Virus record (IMG/VR): IMGVR_UViG_3300028048_003161
Reading direction: 5' to 3' (one strand)
Length of the DNA: 64,000 bases
Origin: a virus
Taxonomy: Duplodnaviria; Caudoviricetes
Shown one piece after another: positions 17,872-28,734 of the stretch (positions within the stretch are counted from its first letter, which is position 1; each line of letters opens with the position of its first letter). Position numbers and translations under genes: made by a program. The notes below the pieces were generated by a model. The model saw only the letters and a list, made by a program, of their open reading frames with translations, was not told the DNA's origin and did no database searches.

Positions 17872-20106
17872 ATGTTAATGAGTAGGACATTGTGTTCAAT
17901 GGTGATGGCAAGTTTATTATTAACATCTACAAGTACAATAACAGTTAAGGCAGAGAAAATTGAAAATACAGTAGAGACAAATGGACAAGGCGTACAAGGC
18001 GTAGAGAATACACTAATTAACATCAAGAGTTTAGATGATCAGTTGGACGAACTCTACAGTAAGATTGGTGAGCACTTGGGAGTAGACAAAAGCATAGTTA
18101 AACAAATTCATGCACTTTGTGGAAGTAAAGCAGTTTATGCAGATAAGAAGCCTAGCATCTATAACGATTTGACAACATATAAGCCAATGGGTATATACAG
18201 AGGAAAAGGTGAGCAGGGTATTTTACAGAAAGCAGACTTCATAGAGTGTGGAGATGATAACATAGATAGACCTTCAGAGTATTTTTTACCTGATGCACTA
18301 TATAGTGTGTCTTATGACATAGTATCCTTAATGAGTCAGAGGTTTAATTGTGATAGAGGACCTATGCAAGAATACTTTGACAACTTAAAAGAGGATGTTA
18401 AGCAGAGGATTGTGTTCTATGAGGCAGTAATGGAATATACAGATTGCAAGGAAGATACAGTTGATGAAATTTTCAAAGCATATGAAAAGTGTTTATATGA
18501 CAAGCAGAAAGATGAGAATGTCGTTGAGACAAATAAAGATGGACAGTTAGAAATTAAAAGCAAGTTTAGAAAGATATTCAATGACATTGGAATTAAGAAT
18601 GAGACAAGATTAAATTATTTAGCTATCATTTTAAGTTATGATAAGGATTTGGCAGTTAATGATAATACAGAGAGTACAAAAGATGAGTACATTGTACCAT
18701 ACAAACTCAACTATACAAGTAGAGAGAATATGATGTTAGCAGCGGCTTGTTTAGTTGGAAAAGTCAGGTATGTTTGGGCTGGTGGACATAGTGGTGCATC
18801 TTACATAGATGGAATAAATCCTGCATGGGAAATGTGGAGTGACTTGTACACAGGAGATAATTATGAGAAATGTATACAGCCTCATGGTTCTTGGTGTCCT
18901 GAACATGGACAAAGCAGTGGTGAGTGTACACAGGGAGGAATCATAAGAAGTTTAGATGATTACATTAGTAAAAGGTCAAAGACATTTGGAACAGATGAAT
19001 TAGATCAGGATAAATACAGAAAGCTTTTAGCAAAAGTTAATTACAGTAATGGAATTAGTACTCATACATTGGATGGTTTAGATTGCAGTGGATTTGCATC
19101 TTGGCTATACAATCAAATTACAGATAAGTACAATGTCAACTCAACAGCTAGATGCTTTACTAAACAGTCAGGGATTAAAGAAGTTGCATTTGGAAGTAAG
19201 ATGTTACCTGGAGATGTGTTTTCATGGACATCACATATAGTAGTAATTGTTGGACAGGTAAGAAAAGGAAGTAAGGCATATGTGACAGTTGAGGAAACAC
19301 CTCATGTATTGAAATATGGAGTAGTTTATTATGCAGGTGCAAGTTCAGCTGACATAGAATATGGAAAGAAGATAGCATCTGAAGCAAACACCTTGATTGG
19401 TGGAATACCTTCTGGAAAAGAAACACCTCATGTTTATTGTATGAATAACGTAGGGCACTATACAGAGGAAGAAGAGGTTGAGGTCACAGATGAAAAAGGA
19501 AAGAACAAGCATAAAAAGAAAAAGGCAGGAAAAGGGTCAGGAAAGAAAAAGGTAGACGTGTCAGTTGTAGACAATGACTTGAGTTTATTAGCAAGTGCAC
19601 TTGAAAGTACAGAAGAGAGCACTGAACAAGAAACAGAGACAGAGGAAAGTACAACAGAGGACAATACAGAAGAAAAAGCTGACAGCAAAAAAGAAAACAC
19701 AACAGAGAAGTCTGACAGCACTGACAGTGAAAAAGAAAATAAGACAGAGGATAAAGAAAACAAGACAACGGATAAAAAGGACAAGGGCAGTTCAGATAAA
19801 AAGGACAAGAACAGCAAAAAAGATAAGAAAGACAGGAAGAAAAATAAGAGAGACAAGCACAAAAAGAAAAAGACAAAGAAAGTTAAGGTTGATAAGCAGT
19901 ATATTTCAATTGGTAGGTTTGAAGGAACATTCATTGATGAACAATTTGGACATGAGAGTTTTGAGGACTTGACAGCACTGGAAATTATAAGACATACAAT
20001 TAAGAAATTACCTATGAGTTATATAAGTGGTTACAACATTTATAAGGGTAAGCTTTTTGATAAAAAGACAGTTGCATCAGAATTAGGAGTAAAAGTAAAT
20101 GAATAA
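17872..20106 (+). CDS. Secreted NlpC/P60 cell-wall hydrolase with Lys/Glu-rich low-complexity insert
   Basis: Signal peptide; GKVRYVWAGG, GLDCSGF (catalytic Cys), PGDVF...SHIVV (His). Confidence 0.8.
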   Translation: MLMSRTLCSMVMASLLLTSTSTITVKAEKIENTVETNGQGVQGVENTLINIKSLDDQLDELYSKIGEHLGVDKSIVKQIHALCGSKAVYADKKPSIYNDLTTYKPMGIYRGKGEQGILQKADFIECGDDNIDRPSEYFLPDALYSVSYDIVSLMSQRFNCDRGPMQEYFDNLKEDVKQRIVFYEAVMEYTDCKEDTVDEIFKAYEKCLYDKQKDENVVETNKDGQLEIKSKFRKIFNDIGIKNETRLNYLAIILSYDKDLAVNDNTESTKDEYIVPYKLNYTSRENMMLAAACLVGKVRYVWAGGHSGASYIDGINPAWEMWSDLYTGDNYEKCIQPHGSWCPEHGQSSGECTQGGIIRSLDDYISKRSKTFGTDELDQDKYRKLLAKVNYSNGISTHTLDGLDCSGFASWLYNQITDKYNVNSTARCFTKQSGIKEVAFGSKMLPGDVFSWTSHIVVIVGQVRKGSKAYVTVEETPHVLKYGVVYYAGASSADIEYGKKIASEANTLIGGIPSGKETPHVYCMNNVGHYTEEEEVEVTDEKGKNKHKKKKAGKGSGKKKVDVSVVDNDLSLLASALESTEESTEQETETEESTTEDNTEEKADSKKENTTEKSDSTDSEKENKTEDKENKTTDKKDKGSSDKKDKNSKKDKKDRKKNKRDKHKKKKTKKVKVDKQYISIGRFEGTFIDEQFGHESFEDLTALEIIRHTIKKLPMSYISGYNIYKGKLFDKKTVASELGVKVNE

Positions 20107-21058
20107 ATTAGGACAATTAAAAAAGAAAGAGAATACAAAGGAAAAAGAAGCAAAGAACACAGCAAAAGAAAGGAAAGAGCCTTATGACATAGTTGATACA
20201 GCATTTGCAATGTCAATTGGGTTTATAGTGGTCATACTTTTAATGCTTGGTTTGGCATCTGTCTGGAAAGATAGCATTGAAGAAAAATATGAAAAGCAAT
20301 TTAATATAGCTGATGCACAATATACAAAACTAGACATTAAGTTCAATGACTTAATCACAAGCAAAGAAGTTTATAACAAGTTGAATAAGAGTTGTAAACA
20401 GTTTGTGAGTGAAGGAGATAATGAGGATACAGATAAGGTAAGTAATGGTTACACAAAGAGCAATGGAAAATACATTGATACAGAAAAGCAGACAAGTTCA
20501 GAAAAAGAAGAGACAAGCAAAGATGGCTTGGATGAAATGAATGAGACAGGTCCTATTTATCTGAATGACATGCTAGTAATGAGATACATTAGTGATTCTG
20601 GAGAAATGAAAGTAGTTGCAGCTAAAATAAATGAGAGTACAGGAGAAATTAAGACAAGCGCACTTAATGATTTAGAGACAGGGGAGGTCAATGATTGGAA
20701 AAGCAATAATAGAGATACAAAGATTACAGGTACAATTACAGAGGATGCATACTTACAAGATGTAATGACAATATTTGTTAGCTTAGTAACACAGAAAGAC
20801 ATTGATTATACATTGAAAAGAGAAGCATTACAGTTCTTTACAGAGGATGGTTACAATAGTATGATTAAGAATCCTAACAGATTGTTGGTAGATAAAAACA
20901 GTTTGGAGGTTAAAAACATTGTAGCAGGTAAATCATCATTGGAAAATAAGAATAAAGACAGGGTATTGTTACAAATGGTAGTTGGTAAAGACAGTTATGT
21001 TAATGTGGTGATCAAGTTAAATAAAAACAATAAAATCTTTGACATTGATATAGTTTAG
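20099..21058 (+). CDS. Bitopic membrane protein
   Basis: Single N-terminal TM helix, large extracellular domain; overlaps the hydrolase stop. Confidence 0.7.
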   Translation: MNKLGQLKKKENTKEKEAKNTAKERKEPYDIVDTAFAMSIGFIVVILLMLGLASVWKDSIEEKYEKQFNIADAQYTKLDIKFNDLITSKEVYNKLNKSCKQFVSEGDNEDTDKVSNGYTKSNGKYIDTEKQTSSEKEETSKDGLDEMNETGPIYLNDMLVMRYISDSGEMKVVAAKINESTGEIKTSALNDLETGEVNDWKSNNRDTKITGTITEDAYLQDVMTIFVSLVTQKDIDYTLKREALQFFTEDGYNSMIKNPNRLLVDKNSLEVKNIVAGKSSLENKNKDRVLLQMVVGKDSYVNVVIKLNKNNKIFDIDIV

Positions 21059-21130
21059 TGATGGCATACGAATGGGCATATAGTTCATTGAAAAGAAATT
21101 AAATTATTTATGAAATGAGGAAAATTAAAA

Positions 21131-22804
21131 GTGGCGATCATATGTAATAATGAGGTAGTGCCTGAAGAAAAGAATATATTACTTGACAAATGGAAGTTTC
21201 CTTCAGTGGATGGAGAGTGTGAACCTGAAAAACCTCCTATGTGCATGTTTTATAATACAGCAAGAGCATTACAGTTATTATTTAAGCATATAAAAAATAA
21301 TAACAAGATAGTTTTAGGAACAGACGTAGACGTTGATGGAATTGGAACAACTTATATATTAAAGAAAGCACTCATATATTTAGGTTCTAACAACCATGTG
21401 ATTTTGATAAATCAGGAGAAAACTCATGGTATACAGGAGAATCAGGTGAGGTTCTTTAATGAGAAATATAAGGTTGATTTGGTAATCATTACTGATTCAA
21501 GTAGTAACGAGTTGGAATTGATAAAAGCACTTAAATGTGATGTATTGGTCATTGACCATCATGATATATTGCATGAAGAGTATTTTGGTAAATGCAATGA
21601 TGGAATACATAACTTTGTAATTGTTAACAACAATGTTGATAATTTTCAACAAAGTATTGATATTGAGTGGCTTAACAAGATTAAACCTGGAGCATTTGAT
21701 AATATAAGAGAGTACAAAGCAGAACCTGATATGTCTTGTGGTTTGGTAGTATATGAACTTATGAGGGTTTGTTTTAGGGCAGTAGGTGATGAGCGTACCA
21801 TTGAAAATTCTCTTTTGTATCAATGGGCTGGTGTGACATTGTTTACTGATGTAATCAATACCTTAAATGACAGGAATCAGTATTATTTGAATAAGACAGT
21901 GTTTAGTAGAGAAACAGAAAGAGCACTTGGTTCAATACTTAGGGCAATGAATAAATTCAAAGCAACATTGGATAAATCATTTATTACATACTCATTAGCA
22001 CCAATAATAAATAAGGCAATACGTGCTGGAAAGGGTGCAGAAGCAGTTGATATTGTTTTGAATAATCCTGATAACATATTGGAACTTAAAAAGTATGCTG
22101 AACTACAGGAGATTGCAATTAAGAAAGCAACAACAGTTGAGGTAATAGACAGTGATACTGGGTTAAGGACATTAGCACCTAGAGTGTTTACAGGGAAAAC
22201 AATAGTGATGGATGTAACAAAGATTGGTGTGCATCGTAACTATAATGGAGTAATTGCGGGGCGGTTGTCCGGAGATACACATAAAGATGCTGCTGTTTAC
22301 TCTGTTCTTGAGAATGGGATTTGTTCAGGGTCATTCAGAGGAATTTACAAAGACGTGAATTACAGAAAATACTTTGCAGATTTTTCAAGTGACATATATG
22401 CACAAGGTCATCCTCCTGCATTTGGTTTCAAATGTACAAAAGAGCAGTTGGACGAAATAATGAATACATTGTATACTATTGAGCCTACAGAGGATCCTAG
22501 ACCTTGGATTACAGCTGGGAACATTAAACCTGAGGCAAGAGGTATATATCATATAGACAACATGGACGAGTTTAGGAGGGCAGGATATGTTTGGAGGATA
22601 GCAACAGGAAATTCAAAAGTACCATCACAAGATGAAATTAGTATTAGAGTGAGTGCACTTGATGTTACATTGAGAGAAACAAAAGGAAAATTGTTTATCT
22701 ATGATGCACTTGGTTTTGAATGTAAAGCATTTAAACCATTGAGTGGCAGTTATTTTGACATTTACCTTGAATACACAAATGAAATAACTGCATATATAAG
22801 GTAA
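21131..22804 (+). CDS. recJ: RecJ-like DHH/DHHA1 single-stranded DNA exonuclease
   Basis: DVDVDG, ITD, IDHH, APIIN...R, SGSFRG, GHPPAFG. Confidence 0.8.
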   Translation: MAIICNNEVVPEEKNILLDKWKFPSVDGECEPEKPPMCMFYNTARALQLLFKHIKNNNKIVLGTDVDVDGIGTTYILKKALIYLGSNNHVILINQEKTHGIQENQVRFFNEKYKVDLVIITDSSSNELELIKALKCDVLVIDHHDILHEEYFGKCNDGIHNFVIVNNNVDNFQQSIDIEWLNKIKPGAFDNIREYKAEPDMSCGLVVYELMRVCFRAVGDERTIENSLLYQWAGVTLFTDVINTLNDRNQYYLNKTVFSRETERALGSILRAMNKFKATLDKSFITYSLAPIINKAIRAGKGAEAVDIVLNNPDNILELKKYAELQEIAIKKATTVEVIDSDTGLRTLAPRVFTGKTIVMDVTKIGVHRNYNGVIAGRLSGDTHKDAAVYSVLENGICSGSFRGIYKDVNYRKYFADFSSDIYAQGHPPAFGFKCTKEQLDEIMNTLYTIEPTEDPRPWITAGNIKPEARGIYHIDNMDEFRRAGYVWRIATGNSKVPSQDEISIRVSALDVTLRETKGKLFIYDALGFECKAFKPLSGSYFDIYLEYTNEITAYIR

Positions 22805-22838
22805 AGAAAAGAAGTAGAAAGGAAGGAATTAAAAGGAC

Positions 22839-23684
22839 ATGAAGATTGGAAAGAAAGCACAAAATAAGGAGTTATCTACAAGACCTGAAAAGAATAACTC
22901 CAAGAAGAGTATGGCATTGATCATTGTCATTGCAATAACCGCAGTACTTATTTTATGGGTCTATACCATGGGTAGAAAAGCAGAAGAGACAGTGGATGTT
23001 GTAATGTTATCTGACAATGTTTATAAGAATCAGGTAATTACAGAGAGTGTACTTAAGAAATATCCGATGCTCAAGGGAGAATTTGAGAAATATGCAACTA
23101 CTACAGATAGTGGTGAAAAGAAAAGACGTATTTTACTTTGGAGTGAAAAAGATATGATCATTAACTCATTCGCAGCATATCCATTAAAGTCAGATACAGT
23201 TGCAATGTATAATGATTTCATTACTTCTAAAGTAGATAACAGTGATTCAGTATTGTATTCATTCCCTGGTAAAAACATTGTTTCACTTGATGCAGGTCAG
23301 CAGGATTTGGAGTCATTCAAAGCATACCTTCAGCCTGGAGATAGAATCAATGTAACAGCTATTTACAAAACAGACGAGGCTGTAAAAGAGGGGGACACAA
23401 GTACAACAGTAGAGACATATAAAGAGGAACCTGTGTTTGTAGGAATTATGTTAGCTGACCTATTAAATTCACAGGGAGATTCAATTCTTGATCTGTATCA
23501 GCAGTATAATGACATGTCAACTTATGAACAGGCAAACTTAGATGCTTCTGAATCATGGATACAGAGCGTTACACCTGCAAATATTATGGTAGCATTAACA
23601 CCTGAAGAAGAGTCAGAGTATTACAAATACTTAAGCAAAGACAGCGTAACATTTAAGATTTCTCTGCCTCAGAGGTCTAACTAA
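22839..23684 (+). CDS. Flp/Tad pilus assembly protein CpaB/RcpC-like (SAF domain)
   Basis: N-terminal TM, SAF-like region, LQPGDRINV; first gene of the tad cluster. Confidence 0.7.
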   Translation: MKIGKKAQNKELSTRPEKNNSKKSMALIIVIAITAVLILWVYTMGRKAEETVDVVMLSDNVYKNQVITESVLKKYPMLKGEFEKYATTTDSGEKKRRILLWSEKDMIINSFAAYPLKSDTVAMYNDFITSKVDNSDSVLYSFPGKNIVSLDAGQQDLESFKAYLQPGDRINVTAIYKTDEAVKEGDTSTTVETYKEEPVFVGIMLADLLNSQGDSILDLYQQYNDMSTYEQANLDASESWIQSVTPANIMVALTPEEESEYYKYLSKDSVTFKISLPQRSN

Positions 23685-23732
23685 TAACAGTTAAAGTTTG
23701 AGAAGTTTATGTTTAGAGTTTAGATAGGAGGC

Positions 23733-24656
23733 ATGGAAATGGCATTTGGTTTTTTCAAAGAAAAAGTTAGGCAGCTTGAAAAAATGGATCCTAACGACAC
23801 TTCAGGAGTGAATTTAGCAAAGGAAACATCTGATAAAGCAGTTGAGATTATTAAAGAGCTGTCAGGTAGAGATATAGACACAAAGGTAAAAGTAATAGAC
23901 AACTTGATTGTGTTTACTAATGCAGCTGGTGGTGCTGGAGCATCTACAATAGCTACGAATGTAGCATATGAAGCTATTCAAAAGGGATTGAAAGTTGTGC
24001 TTTTAGACTTGAATTTACTTTGTCCTGTACAGCATACATATTTAGGAGTTGAGCAGCAAATGACAAAACCTGACTTGGTGGGATATTTACTTGGTCAGAA
24101 CTCATTGAGTGATAGCATTGATACTTCTAATAAGATCAATTTGATTTTTGCAAACAACAGAACAATCAATGATTTAATCAATTGTAATGATGCAATTGCA
24201 ATTGAGAATTACAAAGACATGTTAACAAAGTTGAGGCAGTTTTATGATCTTGTAATTGTTGATTGTCCTATGCGAATTGATGATATGCTCTGCAATACAA
24301 CATTGTATTACGCAGATGCAATCTACATGGTTTGGGATGAGGGTGTTGGTTCTGTAATCAACACAGAGAAATTAAGAAGGAACATGGCAGCAACTGGTAT
24401 TGACAGTTTCACAAAAATGAGAGTCATTTTGAATAAGAGAACATCAATTCATTTTTCTGATTATCCATTGACAAAAATGAATATTGAACTTATGGGAGTA
24501 TTACCTTTCAGTGTTGATATCATTGATAACTCCTTAAGAGAGAGAATCTTCTGTGAAAAGGGTTCAAGTAGCAATGAGGAATCAAATGAGTTTGCACGTA
24601 AAATGATAGGTTTATCAAATAAGATACTTAGTATTGCAGGATATACAGGAAAGTAA
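23733..24656 (+). CDS. TadZ/CpaE-like MinD/ParA-family protein
   Basis: Deviant Walker A AGGAGAST, VVLLDL, YDLVIVDCP; precedes TadA. Confidence 0.8.
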   Translation: MEMAFGFFKEKVRQLEKMDPNDTSGVNLAKETSDKAVEIIKELSGRDIDTKVKVIDNLIVFTNAAGGAGASTIATNVAYEAIQKGLKVVLLDLNLLCPVQHTYLGVEQQMTKPDLVGYLLGQNSLSDSIDTSNKINLIFANNRTINDLINCNDAIAIENYKDMLTKLRQFYDLVIVDCPMRIDDMLCNTTLYYADAIYMVWDEGVGSVINTEKLRRNMAATGIDSFTKMRVILNKRTSIHFSDYPLTKMNIELMGVLPFSVDIIDNSLRERIFCEKGSSSNEESNEFARKMIGLSNKILSIAGYTGK

Positions 24657-24677
24657 ATTTAAGGAGGCATAGGGTTT

Positions 24678-26195
24678 ATGAACACTAAAGAGTTGCTTGA
24701 ACTCCAGTCAAAAAGAGGAGCAAGACTTACAGCTATTAGTGATGGCTTTACAAAGACACTTGAAAGCGTTACTAATGATTGTCGTAAGGCAATAGAGGAA
24801 CAGTCAGACAAGTACAGAGACTTGGATGCAGTTAACAAGAAAGAAGCAATTAAGAAAATCATCATTGATTTTGTAATGAATACAAAACCTCTTGTTGAAG
24901 GGTACATTGATGGTGAAAATAAGCCTGATACAGTTAAGTTGGTAGATAAGTTAATTGAGGACATTACTAACTATGGTATACTTACTCAGGCAATGATGGA
25001 TGAGAAAGTATATGAGATTCGTTGTAATGGTAAAGAGCTCAAGGTAGAGATTGAAGGTCATGTACAAGACTTACTGGACAAGGAAGGAAACATCATTTCA
25101 TTTGAATCACCTGAACAGCAGGAAGTAATTATTCGTAAGCTTTTGGGTGATGTGAGATTGACACCTAAGGATTGCTTGGTCAACGCTAGAACAATTGAGG
25201 GATACAGAATCGCAGCTATTCACTCATCTGGTTTAAGTCCTGACCCTAATGATCCTACAGGCGAGCATTATCATGCTTTTGTATTACGTAAGTTTCGTAA
25301 GAGTAAAATGAAACTTGGAGAGATAGTACTTAAGCACACAATGTCAGACAATATGGCAAGATTGTTAGCATTATGTACTGCAGGTGGTTTAACATTCTTC
25401 ACAGTTGGACCTACAGCTTCAGGTAAAACAACAACAAACAATGCTATTTTACAGTCAGTACCAGCAACAACGAGAACAGTTCTTATTCAGAACCCTTCAG
25501 AGATTGATCTGCGTTTTAAGGACGACTCAGGTCGTGTTTATAATGATGTGCTTCATTTGGAGGCAACAGAGAAAGAGCATCCGACAGAAAAAGACCCGAC
25601 AATGACAAACTGTATGGACATGACATTGAGATTGTCTCCTACATTTGTTTGTTTTGGTGAGGTTCGTACAAATGGTGAGTTTAAGCAGTGTATGAAAATC
25701 ATGCAGGCAGGTCACCCAATCAATACTACATTCCATGCAGAGAGTAGTGAGGGTGCAATTAAGCGTTTCCAGACAGCATATCTTGCAGAGTCAGGCAATG
25801 AGCCTTCACACTTAGCATTGAGTACAATTGTTGGTCTTGTAAATATCATAGTTGTACAGAAGATTATGAGAGATGGTACACGTAAAGTAATTCAAATATC
25901 AGAGGTTGTAGGGGTTGATCCTAACAATAATGAAAAAGCATTACTTAATGACCTTTACATATTTGATATCAATGGTGAGCCTGAATATGATGAGGCAGGC
26001 AATGTTGTTAAAATTAGAGGTCAGCATAGGAGAGTTGGAAAGCTTTCAGAAAGAACAATTAGGAAATTCCAGCTTGAGGGTGTATCACAGAAAAGATATG
26101 ACTTCCTGCTTAAGGATGTGAAAGAGGCAGAGAACGAGGTTGAGGTTTATACAGGTAATGACATTGATAGATATGGAATGCCTAAAGTAGTATAA
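24678..26195 (+). CDS. tadA: TadA/CpaF pilus assembly ATPase
   Basis: GPTASGKTT, LRLSP..VCFGEVR, AGH..TTFHA, DGTRKV.QISEV. Confidence 0.9.
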   Translation: MNTKELLELQSKRGARLTAISDGFTKTLESVTNDCRKAIEEQSDKYRDLDAVNKKEAIKKIIIDFVMNTKPLVEGYIDGENKPDTVKLVDKLIEDITNYGILTQAMMDEKVYEIRCNGKELKVEIEGHVQDLLDKEGNIISFESPEQQEVIIRKLLGDVRLTPKDCLVNARTIEGYRIAAIHSSGLSPDPNDPTGEHYHAFVLRKFRKSKMKLGEIVLKHTMSDNMARLLALCTAGGLTFFTVGPTASGKTTTNNAILQSVPATTRTVLIQNPSEIDLRFKDDSGRVYNDVLHLEATEKEHPTEKDPTMTNCMDMTLRLSPTFVCFGEVRTNGEFKQCMKIMQAGHPINTTFHAESSEGAIKRFQTAYLAESGNEPSHLALSTIVGLVNIIVVQKIMRDGTRKVIQISEVVGVDPNNNEKALLNDLYIFDINGEPEYDEAGNVVKIRGQHRRVGKLSERTIRKFQLEGVSQKRYDFLLKDVKEAENEVEVYTGNDIDRYGMPKVV

Positions 26196-26238
26196 GAATA
26201 AGACAGATTAAAGTAAGTGATAGCAGGGAGGAAAGGAA

Positions 26239-27237
26239 ATGAGTTCATCATTATTTGCTAATATAGCAAGTGGAAACGGTGCAACGCCTATCACAATTAT
26301 CTTCATCATCCTGTTAGCAATAATGTTGCTTGTGCAGATAACTAATCTGCCTATGATAGCATTGTTGCACAGAGGTTTAGGTTTACTGAAAACAGGGTTT
26401 GGTAAATTCATACATAAGAGAGAAGATAACTACCATAGAGATTTGGAGATAGGCAAGATAAATGAAAAGAGGACAAAGGTTAAATTGTATAAGTTCCTTA
26501 GCGAATTGATTATAGACCTTAACCTTTATTCCACAGGAATCTTACCATATGAGTTGTTGACAATGGTAGTTATCATAGTCGCAGTGGTGGTTACAGTTAT
26601 CTGCAAGATCTTGTTTGGATCAATCGCTATGACTTTTATAATGACACCTATCGCAATTATAGCAACATTCTGTGTAATGTATACTAAAGCAAATGTAGCT
26701 CATGATACTCGTATTGAATCAGTAATTGATGCAGAGAACATTATCTGTAATAACATTAAAATTGGTGTGGTTGCAGCTGTTAAAGATAGTATTAACGTTA
26801 TACCTAAGAACATTAGACCTGCTTTTAGAGACTTCATTGACAATGTTGAGCAGAAAAACTATCATATCAAGACAGCATTGTTAGAGTTGAATCAGCAGTT
26901 AGGAAGTGTAGCAGATGACTTCATAAAGAAATGTATTGTCTTTGAATTGGAGGAAGAGCATGGTATTGCAAATATGTTTCAGGATGTTGTAGAGATCAAC
27001 AACATCAATATGGAGTTTAGAACAGATATGAAACGTAGTTTCGAGGAAGTAAAAACACAGTTCATTACTGGTGTTAGTATGATACTCGTATTCCTGTTCG
27101 GTGTCATTGCTATTTATGATGTAGTCAGAAATTTCTATTTCAAGACAGCAATTGGAAATGCAATACTTGCAGCTGATGCTTTAATAATTGTTATTGAGTT
27201 TATGTACATTACATACTTAAGAGCAAAAGAGCTTTAA
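26239..27237 (+). CDS. TadB-like membrane platform protein
   Basis: Multi-TM architecture directly after TadA. Confidence 0.7.
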   Translation: MSSSLFANIASGNGATPITIIFIILLAIMLLVQITNLPMIALLHRGLGLLKTGFGKFIHKREDNYHRDLEIGKINEKRTKVKLYKFLSELIIDLNLYSTGILPYELLTMVVIIVAVVVTVICKILFGSIAMTFIMTPIAIIATFCVMYTKANVAHDTRIESVIDAENIICNNIKIGVVAAVKDSINVIPKNIRPAFRDFIDNVEQKNYHIKTALLELNQQLGSVADDFIKKCIVFELEEEHGIANMFQDVVEINNINMEFRTDMKRSFEEVKTQFITGVSMILVFLFGVIAIYDVVRNFYFKTAIGNAILAADALIIVIEFMYITYLRAKEL

Positions 27238-27245
27238 TAAAGGAG

Positions 27246-28304
27246 GTGAGAACATTGGATACAAAGAATGGTACAGCTGGTGGTGGGGAGATACTTCAGT
27301 ATATTGGGAATAACAATGGTTCTTCATCACAAATGGATGAGGGAGTACTTAAACAATTTGCAATGTTACCTTGGGTGAGATTGATTGTTATTGCACTCAT
27401 AATTGTGGCAGCATTTCTAATAATCATTAGGATGTTTAAGGTCAAGAATCCTCTAAGGGGTAAGGCTATCACACATGAGTTAGATAACATGGACAAAATC
27501 AGAAAGCATGATGAGTCTATTGTTAGAGCAAACAGAATTATTTCAGCAATCACTAACCTTGTTGAGAGAACACCTTTTGCCTTGAGTAAGTCCTATATAG
27601 AGTATTGGAACTACAATTTATATAGGGCAAATGTAAGAATACCTGGCAAGGCAAGAGTAATGAAGGCAATAGAGTTTAATGCATTGGTTAAAGCTACTGA
27701 AGCTTTTGTTGTATTACTTGGACTCTTGGTATCAGTATTCTTCAATGGTCCTCTTGGTTTACTACTTATAATTTCAGCAATAGTAATGTGCAATACATTT
27801 CCTATGATGATTGTAAGACAGACAGTAAAAGCAAAAGACATGGAAATTATTGAGAACTTTGCACAGTTCTATTTGATGATACATTATGTATTATTAGCAA
27901 GTTCAGGTACTCCTATTAGTGGTACAATGAAGTCTTATGATAAGACAACTGATAGTGAGGAAATGCACAGGTTTGTTGACACATGTATTCATTATATTGA
28001 TACATATGGTGAATATGAAGCTACAAACTATATTGCTAAACAATACAGAGAAATTCCTCAAGTTGGCAAGTTAATGAGATTGATCAGACAGGCTAACGAG
28101 GGTGGTGATGTAAGAGCAGAGCTTATTGGTTTTAGAAACGAGCTTCTTGAAGCAAAGAAGTACACACTTCAAAAACATAAAGAGAAGCTTGTAATGAGAG
28201 CACAACTCTCATTCAATATATTGTTGCCTATTTTGATTCAGGCAATCATAAGTGCAACTGCTATATATCTGCCAGATATTATGGGAGCAGCTAGTGTATT
28301 CTAG
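27246..28304 (+). CDS. TadC-like membrane platform protein
   Basis: Multi-TM T2SS-F-like layout (LIRQANEGGDV...L), second platform gene. Confidence 0.7.
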   Translation: MRTLDTKNGTAGGGEILQYIGNNNGSSSQMDEGVLKQFAMLPWVRLIVIALIIVAAFLIIIRMFKVKNPLRGKAITHELDNMDKIRKHDESIVRANRIISAITNLVERTPFALSKSYIEYWNYNLYRANVRIPGKARVMKAIEFNALVKATEAFVVLLGLLVSVFFNGPLGLLLIISAIVMCNTFPMMIVRQTVKAKDMEIIENFAQFYLMIHYVLLASSGTPISGTMKSYDKTTDSEEMHRFVDTCIHYIDTYGEYEATNYIAKQYREIPQVGKLMRLIRQANEGGDVRAELIGFRNELLEAKKYTLQKHKEKLVMRAQLSFNILLPILIQAIISATAIYLPDIMGAASVF

Positions 28305-28373
28305 TAGACCAGAATATAGGCATGAGAATTATAGAAAAGAAAAATTATTTAATTAAAAGTGGAGGTAGAAGAG

Positions 28374-28646
28374 ATGAAAGTAAGTAAAATTTTCGTTGTC
28401 TTAATTACAGTCGTTGTTTGTGTTATTATTGGTGCCTTTGTTATCAATATCTTAATGCCAAACACAGTAACATCAGTGGTTGATACAGTTGAGAATCAGA
28501 TTCAGCATGCAACTGGTATTTCGCTTGACCTGAATGGTAATGGTGTAGCAGGTGCATCTGGTAACAACATTGCTAAAATGAAGAGCAGTAACAAGGATAA
28601 GTCTAACTCAACTAGCAGTAGTAAGACAGTTGATGGTTTCCAGTAA
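28374..28646 (+). CDS. Putative major pilin (non-canonical N-terminus)
   Basis: Small protein with N-terminal hydrophobic helix after tadC, followed by a GC-rich hairpin. Confidence 0.6.
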   Translation: MKVSKIFVVLITVVVCVIIGAFVINILMPNTVTSVVDTVENQIQHATGISLDLNGNGVAGASGNNIAKMKSSNKDKSNSTSSSKTVDGFQ

Positions 28647-28686
28647 ATCATTTAAGGAATGGTAACAATCGTAAAGTAAAATTAGG

Positions 28687-28717
28687 GGTACCTGGGACAA
28701 TGGTCCCAGGTGCTTTT
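28687..28717 (+). terminator. Hairpin after the putative pilin (attenuator or mRNA stabiliser)
   Basis: ggtacctgggac-aatg-gtcccaggtgct followed by ttt. Confidence 0.65.
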
Positions 28718-28734
28718 AGGTTTGGGAGGCAACA